Positions 51,620-60,050 of a stretch of DNA of 60,050 nt are shown one piece after another. The notes under the pieces were generated by a model. The model worked only from the letters and a program-made list of their open reading frames with translations. It had not been told where the DNA came from and made no database searches. Source of the stretch: Octopus bimaculoides (lineage: Eukaryota); NCBI RefSeq assembly GCF_001194135.2, contig NC_068983.1, positions 32,827,688 to 32,887,737 of the forward strand, given 5' to 3'. Position 1 is the first letter of the stretch. Each line of letters begins with the position of its first letter. A program made the translations under genes and the position numbers.

Positions 51620-52496
51620 CTTTTCGTTTTCGTGTGTGTTCTTGCGCCACGTACTCCATTCTGTTCTTCTAATATGTGTATCTTTATGTGCGCATGCGTT
51701 TGTCACCTTGTTTGTGTGAGAGTGTTTGTGTTTGTGTGTGTATACTTGTACGTGTGTCATAGTTTTTATTTTGTGGGTGGGGGAAATGACCATCCCGAAA
51801 TACTATATCTGTTTCAACACAAGGAATCTTGCAAAACGAATTGATAAACGTATATAATTATTGTTTGCATTGAAGTTGAAGAATCAAAGAACCGTTGTGT
51901 TTGCTTTATTCTGGATGTTATAAATATCATATCTTTGGAAGCGAAAAAAAAAACCTTAAATGTTTATATATTTTATTTCAGAACATATCAAATGATCTCA
52001 TAAAGCTTGTTGTGGTTTTGAAATATCATATTGGTGTCCCGTGAAATAGATGCCCGTTTGCTTATGTTAACGTTTTCAGCTATCGCGTTACATACAAAGA
52101 TGAGTGACAGCTGAAATTTATTTAATTTCTCATTATGATAGAAACATATTAAGTGTCATTATGAATGCATACATGCAACTAATCATACTCTCGAAAATCT
52201 AGTTATATAATTGTAGCTTTATCTAATAATCAGTTGCGTTTTTCAAGTCAACAGAGAACAATTGATTCAGATATTTAATATTTTATGTTGGTGTACTTGT
52301 TGCCAGGGTGACTAGAATACATTACGAAACTTTTCATACCTTCCAGTCAGACCGATAAATCATACACAATGATAACATTTCAGACACATTCGTAGATATT
52401 CCTAAATCCATAACTTTTGGGGCATAATTACTGAAATTCCAACAGGTGAATTCATATTTTGACATATCTGTCTTACCATGCTTCCACAATCAGTAC

Positions 52497-52541
<45 letters not shown>

Positions 52542-55033
52542 NNNNNNNNNNNNNNNNNNNNNNNNNNNNNNNNNNNNNNNNNNNNNNNNNNNNNNNNNNN
52601 NNNNNNNNNNNNNNNNNNNNNNNNNNNNNNNNNNNNNNNNNNNNNNNNNNNNNNNNNNNNNNNNNNNNNNNNNNNNNNNNNNNNNNNNNNNNNNNNNNNN
52701 NNNNNNNNNNNNNNNNNNNNNNNNNNNNNNNNNNNNNNNNNNNNNNNNNNNNNNNNNNNNNNNNNNNNNNNNNNNNNNNNNNNNNNNNNNNNNNNNNNNN
52801 NNNNNNNNNNNNNNNNNNNNNNNNNNNNNNNNNNNNNNNNNNNNNNNNNNNNNNNNNNNNNNNNNNNNNNNNNNNNNNNNNNNNNNNNNNNNNNNNNNNN
52901 NNNNNNNNNNNNNNNNNNNNNNNNNNNNNNNNNNNNNNNNNNNNNNNNNNNNNNNNNNNNNNNNNNNNNNNNNNNNNNNNNNNNNNNNNNNNNNNNNNNN
53001 NNNNNNNNNNNNNNNNNNNNNNNNNNNNNNNNNNNNNNNNNNNNNNNNNNNNNNNNNNNNNNNNNNNNNNNNNNNNNNNNNNNNNNNNNNNNNNNNNNNN
53101 NNNNNNNNNNNNNNNNNNNNNNNNNNNNNNNNNNNNNNNNNNNNNNNNNNNNNNNNNNNNNNNNNNNNNNNNNNNNNNNNNNNNNNNNNNNNNNNNNNNN
53201 NNNNNNNNNNNNNNNNNNNNNNNNNNNNNNNNNNNNNNNNNNNNNNNNNNNNNNNNNNNNNNNNNNNNNNNNNNNNNNNNNNNNNNNNNNNNNNNNNNNN
53301 NNNNNNNNNNNNNNNNNNNNNNNNNNNNNNNNNNNNNNNNNNNNNNNNNNNNNNNNNNNNNNNNNNNNNNNNNNNNNNNNNNNNNNNNNNNNNNNNNNNN
53401 NNNNNNNNNNNNNNNNNNNNNNNNNNNNNNNNNNNNNNNNNNNNNNNNNNNNNNNNNNNNNNNNNNNNNNNNNNNNNNNNNNNNNNNNNNNNNNNNNNNN
53501 NNNNNNNNNNNNTGTATCAATCATATGAATATTTATTATTTAATTAACGCTAGAATGAACCACTATAAGAATTATGCTAGTAATTAGTTGAAGATTAGTC
53601 AGTCCAGTTGTAATTTCTTTAAAATTCTTCAAAAACTAATAAATATTTAAAATCAATTAGAGTGATTTAGATCTACAATCCGTAAATCACGTACCCTAAT
53701 CTCTTCCTATTTCTTTGATATTCTTTTTAAATGTGATTATCTTTTCGAGACTGCATTATTATATGCTATTTCATTCAGCTAATGAAGATTTTTACCCTCT
53801 CTTCAAAGTATTTTTTATCACAAACTCAGTAATATGTTGCAGGAAATATCTTCATAAATTATCAAACAAAATTGGAAGATCGCTTGTTCATACAAATTTT
53901 ACACTTCTGTTGCTCTACATTTTCCAGTCAATTGATCGAAACTGCTATTGAGCACAATAATATTCATAATTCTTCCTATTGAAGCGAACTTTGATTCACG
54001 CTGAATCAATACTTTCGCTGCTAAATTGCAATATGATGTATTTCAGGTTCATTATCAACAATTTCTCAGTTAAATGATCCCCTAAATACACTATTTCACC
54101 ATTTTCACAATATACAGTTCTTGCTATTGTGTACGAGTTATATTTTCTCTGCGAAATATCGCACGTAAAATCATCAGAATTCATGAATTGATAAAAAGCA
54201 AACGTTATGATACCACTTCTGAGAATTACATGATCATAAACTAAATACTTTTATTATGAAATGCAAAAATCATGCAGTTTCTATAGTAATTTAACTGGTT
54301 CGTCCGATTATCTGGTAGACGTAACACAGTTTAGGGTTTAACAGCATTTTCTGATGTGCTGATTTTTTTTTTTTCTTGCAGAATTCATTCTTTTGCTATC
54401 TCCATTTTCGTCTCTGTTCACTTTTTTTTGTAGTAAATATTGATCTGAAGCTGTTCAGGTTGGATGTTTTAACTGAATAGGAAAAAAAAGGAGGAGAAAT
54501 CCGAAGAATGAAGGCTGAGATGGATCAAAGACTGCGCAAAGATTTGCTTACAATAATGAGAAGAACGCGCAATCATTCCCCACACGACTTGACTTATCCT
54601 TGGTTGGTCCGTGGCAAGGAAGAAATCCAGGACGACTGAGGTTGGGGCAAGCTGCCGCGACCACAGTGTGTAGTGAGGCGCCTTAACAACCAGCCCGCTT
54701 GGCTTTGTCCTGTTGTAAGGAATAGCAGCACAAAGTACAAAACTTGCCGCCGTTTGTCTGACAGACGAAGAGGGTGTGTGACCAGGGCAGCTGCCAGGTG
54801 CTAGAACAAACACTGTTCTGGATTTGACGAAGGAAGGAAGATTGGGTAGGGCTTAGTGGACATGCTAGTTAACCCATAGCTGCAACTCTAATAGGTGCTA
54901 CTACACTGGGTCAGAGCAGAATTGTGAATAACAGTGGTTAAATTATGGTTCCACACTTAAGGCTCTGGAATTTTTGTACTAGGGTCCCAAAGCCGGATAC
55001 AATTGGAAGTCATACTTAGGACACTTCCAGGGC

Positions 55034-55151
<118 letters not shown>

Positions 55152-56123
55152 CATATACATACTTATATAGATATGTGTGTTTTGTAAGATGTTATATACG
55201 TGTATGTACGTGCATTATAGTGGAGTATATTGTTTACATTAAATTTCTTCTCCATCACGAGTTTCACGATGCTGTTATCTTAGGTTTTAGATGTCATCGT
55301 TCAGTATCCGTTGTAGTTACATATATATCAGACCAAACATACTTCCCTTTTGCTTTTGAGGATAATAACACTGTATGACTGGAGGTCGTGCAGTGCTAGA
55401 TATAAACATCCTACCGACGACTTCGGAGTATAACAATATCTGTCAGAACGGCAACCGTCGTATAAAGACAGATACAACAGTGGCAAAAGATCGCTTTATA
55501 ACAGTTTACAGCTTATTCATTATTCACTTCTGTATTTATCATATGAATACCTGTTGATGATATCATTCATATTTATCTGCTTTCTTTATAGATAAGAGGT
55601 ATTCTATATCTGAAGCTTTTAAAAATGTCTTCGATATATATATATTGTAGATGAGATTGTACATACTATCAAATGCGTATAAACTGTTATTCTTTTCCGT
55701 GTGTTAATTTGGTTGTTCTTCCAAAGCGTCGTCTGATATCGTTCTTCAATCGAAAGAAAAAAAAATTGTCCATAGTTATAAGTCCTATCAAAAATGGTAT
55801 TAATATCACGTTTCAGAGTATAATCCGTTAGGAAGAGTTGCAAATCAACAACAAATATTCGACTTGAATTTTTGCTGATGATCATTACTTTAAGGTTCTC
55901 TTATACCACTGCTCTTTGTAATGACTTTGCAAAGAAATACGTTTGAAATGGATTTACAAAAATGAATAGATTGGCATAATTTAACTTTGAATTAATTTTT
56001 CCAAGCATGTGTATGGCTTCAAACGGTTTGACATGCCGATAAAATTCATGAATTACCCAATTTTTTCCCCTTTGTGATTTAAAATGAAATTCATTCAAAT
56101 ATATGGTAATATTTATAACAAAT

Positions 56124-56338
56124 AAGGCGGTGAGCTAGGAGAATCGTTAGCACGCAGGAGAAAATGTCTTGCAACATTTCGATCATCTCTACCTCCTGAG
56201 TTCAAATTCCGCCGAGGTTGATTTTGCCAGTCATCCTTTCGGGGTCGATAAAATAATTTGCAGTCAAGTCCTAGGTCGATGTAATCGGCTAGCCCCATCA
56301 CCCAAAACTGCATGCTCTGTGCCTGTAGCAGTAAATAA
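56124..56338 (+). mobile_element. SINE family B, diverged
   Basis: AAGGCGGTGAGCTAGGAGAATCGTTAGCACG...GAGTTCAAATTCCGCCGAGG...CATCCTTTCGGGGTCGATAAAAT. Confidence 0.88.
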
Positions 56339-57330
56339 TATTCGTACGAAATGCTAAGCAAGTAATTCATCTTCGCGAAAAATGTAACTTTCATGCCAAT
56401 AGTCTACATTTGTTCTCTGGACCTATAAAAGCTATAGCTTTCTGTTTTCATGTCAGGCAAGCTTCACAATCATAAGGCAAATAATCTCCATTATCGGATG
56501 CAAGTCCTTACAGGTCTTTAAATAGGCAATGGCTACATGATAGAGACTTCATAAAATTGATATTTAAAATAATTGCACACAGAATACTTTTTGATTTTAC
56601 TTATTTCACACATCAATTTTCTTGATATGCACAAACATTTTGAAAATTCTTTTATTTTCTAAATTTAGACAAGCCAACTGAATTTAATCGAATTTAATTT
56701 AGAAGAAGAGCCTAATTTAGACTCAAACATTGCTGAGGCACACGTTATGCTAATTACAAGCCGAACTGTGAATTTCATGCGTCGATAGTTTTGTCAATGA
56801 GCGAAAATTAACTAAATTACCGTAAATTTTCTGCGATTATTATGAGTATTTGGATCATTTATACCGACAACAATAACTTCATCTTATTCTGCTATTATTA
56901 TATTATCTTGCATTTCAAACTCATATTTTCCTTCTTTTAGCTTTTACCAGGTACAAAACTTCAGCAACTGTTAAACAGAATTTTTGTCCAATAAGTTGCA
57001 TAAGCTTTCAAACTTAAGATTTTTAATGATCTTCTTCAGAAAAATTACAATCAGAATGTTTAGTCGTTTAATGACAGTTAACTTTAATTGTCTTAAATGC
57101 CCAGAAGAAATTCAAACAGTTGCCACACTGGTCTGAATTTCACTTCACTAAAGAAGAAATTATTTTTCCACTTATTTTATTGCTTTTTGTTATTAAAAAC
57201 CATTTTCATTTCTTGCAGCAATTATGAGAGGCTATCAAAAATTGAAACTCACATCTGCGTCACTTGATTAACATGTTTGTTGACAAAACGAAATGAATTG
57301 CCATCCGTCTGTACTAGTATATATATGATT

Positions 57331-57463
57331 TTAATTGGCACAAGGCCAGCAATTTCGTGTGGCGGGGTAAGTCGACTACACGACCAGTGTTAAACTGGTA
57401 CTTATTTTATCGACTCCAAAACGATAAAGGGCAAAGTCGACCTCGGTGGAATTTGAACTCAAA
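57331..57463 (-). mobile_element. SINE family B 3' fragment
   Basis: CTGGTACTTATTTTATCGAC...GGCAAAGTCGACCTCGGTGGAATTTGAACTC. Confidence 0.85.
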
Positions 57464-57469
57464 TCCTAT

Positions 57470-58725
57470 ATGGATTTTATCGTTGATTATTATAATAATA
57501 ATAAATATGAATTCACTAAAATCAATTTATTCGCTGCTGAATTATTTTGGTTATTCACACGTGCCTGAGATGAGCCATCTGCATTTAAACTGTATATACG
57601 TGTGAGCATTTATGGATGCATTAGGGATACGTATGTGTTCGTATGATAAGTATAATTGTTTATAATTATATACATTCAGTTATGTCATACTGATGACGGT
57701 AAAGGAACTTATATTCCTGAACTAGAAATCAATTGATCGATGGGTAAACATTAAAAAAAAATCTTCTTTGTTCATTTCCATCGCTTTCAGCTCGTGTCTT
57801 TGTGATAAGTAAGGCAGTTTTAGAGTCATTTGACATTTGACAGAGTATATAATATTTTATAATAATTATAATAAAGGCGACTACATAGTAGTGCCACACG
57901 CTAAAAGAAAATGTCAAATGACTATAAAACTACTTTATTTATCACACTAACACGGGCTAAAAGCGAGGGAAATGAACAAAAAAGATTTAAAAAAAAGTTT
58001 AATCAATTGATTTCTAGTTCAGGGATATACCTTGCTTTACCGCCATCAGTATGACATAACGTACATAATTATAAACATTTATACATACCATACAAGCACA
58101 ACGTATCCCCAGTGCATCTACAAATGTTCATATTTATATACATAGTTTATATCTAGATCGTTAATCACAGCCACGTGTGAATAATCAAAAGAATTCAGCA
58201 GTGAATACATTAATTTAAGTGAATTCATATTTCTTATTATAATCAAGGATAAAATTTGTATAGGATTTTATCAGGTAGCTAGCAATGTAAAATATTTTAG
58301 GAATAAATTAATACAGAGTAAATCATTTTTTATAATAATTATAATAAGGTCAACTACATAGTAGTACCACACGCATGAAGAACATGTCAAAAATAACTCT
58401 CAGATTTACCTTATTTATCACATAGACACGGGCTGAAAGCGAGGGAAATGAGCAAAAAAGATCTTTTTAAAAAATTTAGCCATATTTCAATTCATTTCTA
58501 GTTCAGCGATGTAACTTCCTTTACCGTCATCAGTATGACATAACTCAACGTATATAATTATAAACATTTATACATTTGACATCTTCTAGCGTGTGGCACT
58601 TCTATGTAGTTGCCTTCATTATAATTGTTACAAAAAAATATATACTCTGTATTAATTTATACTTAAAAGGTTTTACATGCTAGTTACCTGATAAAATCCT
58701 ATATAGATTTTATCCTTGATTATAA
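57470..58725. repeat. Complex array of a ~480-bp unit in mixed orientation, with one hammerhead-like motif per unit
   Basis: ~57480-57840 is the reverse complement of ~57905-58240; ~58325-58575 directly repeats ~57850-58085; ~58577-58725 is the reverse complement of ~58233-58390. HHR-like motifs lie at 57684-57744 (+), ~57995-58055 (-) and 58479-58539 (-). Confidence 0.88.
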
Positions 58726-58770
58726 TAATAATAATAATAATAATAATAGAGTCAAAATCCTTTCTATATA

Positions 58771-58831
<61 letters not shown>

Positions 58832-58854
58832 GTAATCATAAAAATAACAACAAC

Positions 58855-58889
<35 letters not shown>

Positions 58890-59395
58890 TAATAATAAAT
58901 GGCCTGATGCAGTACCAGGCCGTAGCTCTCATGGCTTCTGATCTTAATTGACTGGAAATGTTATCATGTACATTGTGTTGTCTTGGTATAAAAAGATGGA
59001 CTACAGCAAATATTCTGCTCAATACCACAGATTTGCTTGTCAGTTATTTGACCTTAACCAGTTGTGCATGTCCCTTGGTGGCTGACGATATGTGCATCTC
59101 TGATCACGAGCAGAAGTAGTGGGGGAGCATAATAGCCATGTGTTGAGAGGAATTCTTTGGGGGTTTGAATAATTCATTTTTGGAAACATGGGTGTTTTAC
59201 TCAACATCCTTAAACAAACCTTATTCAGGGACCTTTTGAGCGGGTTGGGCTACTCGACCTGAAGAAAATTCTAACTGGGCCCCACCTGCGAGATCATGCT
59301 CTGTTTATCTTGATATGAGATCATCACGTCGCGCACATAGTTGTGATGCATGTGTCTAGTGTACCCTTATCAGACGGGTAGTCATGATGGGTATA
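58721..59395 (-). mobile_element. Probable retroposon 3' end with long (ATT)n tail
   Basis: A complex segment (58900-59395) runs on the minus strand directly into a long (ATT)n tract and is cut by an N gap. It resembles a common octopus repeat from recall only; no protein motif was recognised. Confidence 0.45.
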
Positions 59396-60050
59396 NNNNN
59401 NNNNNNNNNNNNNNNNNNNNNNNNNNNNNNNNNNNNNNNNNNNNNNNNNNNNNNNNNNNNNNNNNNNNNNNNNNNNNNNNNNNNNNNNNNNNNNNNNNNN
59501 NNNNNNNNNNNNNNNNNNNNNNNNNNNNNNNNNNNNNNNNNNNNNNNNNNNNNNNNNNNNNNNNNNNNNNNNNNNNNNNNNNNNNNNNNNNNNNNNNNNN
59601 NNNNNNNNNNNNNNNNNNNNNNNNNNNNNNNNNNNNNNNNNNNNNNNNNNNNNNNNNNNNNNNNNNNNNNNNNNNNNNNNNNNNNNNNNNNNNNNNNNNN
59701 NNNNNNNNNNNNNNNNNNNNNNNNNNNNNNNNNNNNNNNNNNNNNNNNNNNNNNNNNNNNNNNNNNNNNNNNNNNNNNNNNNNNNNNNNNNTATATATAT
59801 ATATATGTATGGGTGAATTTACGAAAAAAAAACAACGGACGAAGACAGGTGGTGTAAGTAATCACACACACACATATATTTCGTATGTGTATTTCGTGTA
59901 TTTCATACCAAACAGTTTTGAAACAACGCCAAAACAACGCCAGATCATACATTCAAAATAAATGGAAGTGGAGAGACAAGTCACTGAAGAGATTGCAAGA
60001 GTGCAATGAAATAATTTAACAAAAAACTATATAAATTAATAAAGGACTGA

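Noticed and set aside
51982-52033. Possible exon NISNDLIKLVVVLKYHI after a good acceptor
   Set aside because: No strong donor and only faint similarity to ALK TNQLIQKVC; needs RNA-seq.
54480-54960. GC-richer segment with ORF 54469-54813
   Set aside because: Probably retroelement-derived, but no identifiable motif in any frame.
57000-57045. Minus-strand CUGAAGA...GAAA-GC-UU
   Set aside because: Seven unpaired bases separate stem II from GAAA, and there is no stem I.

Overview
AT-rich, microsatellite-dense animal genomic DNA from a gapped scaffold (11 N-runs, most abutting (TA)n or other simple repeats). The repeat families look like those of Octopus; this is inference from recall, not a database hit. 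The window appears to lie inside a large + strand ALK/LTK-like receptor tyrosine kinase gene. There is one confident exon (29615-29774, start of the glycine-rich extracellular region) and one probable small exon (12112-12170); the rest is intron. The introns hold several tRNA-headed SINE families, two internally deleted mariners with TIRs and TA TSDs, pogo/Tigger and Tc1-like relics, CR1, RTE and Gypsy RT relics, a deleted Helitron, a solo LTR with a 5-bp TSD and Penelope-like (PLE) GIY-YIG fragments. The ORF track is mostly microsatellite or N-run artefact. The main unexplained signal is about 13 minimal type I hammerhead-ribozyme (HHR) motifs (CUGAnGA-stem II-GAAA-short palindromic stem III-NUH) from several unrelated sequence families. 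They include (i) a tRNA-derived SINE family carrying an HHR and showing PLE-like inverted tails, (ii) a ~480-bp tandem/inverted array with one HHR motif per monomer (retrozyme-like), and (iii) a near-intact sense-strand HHR 240 nt downstream of the ALK exon. Most copies carry core or stem defects, so catalytic activity is not shown. All folds were done by eye.
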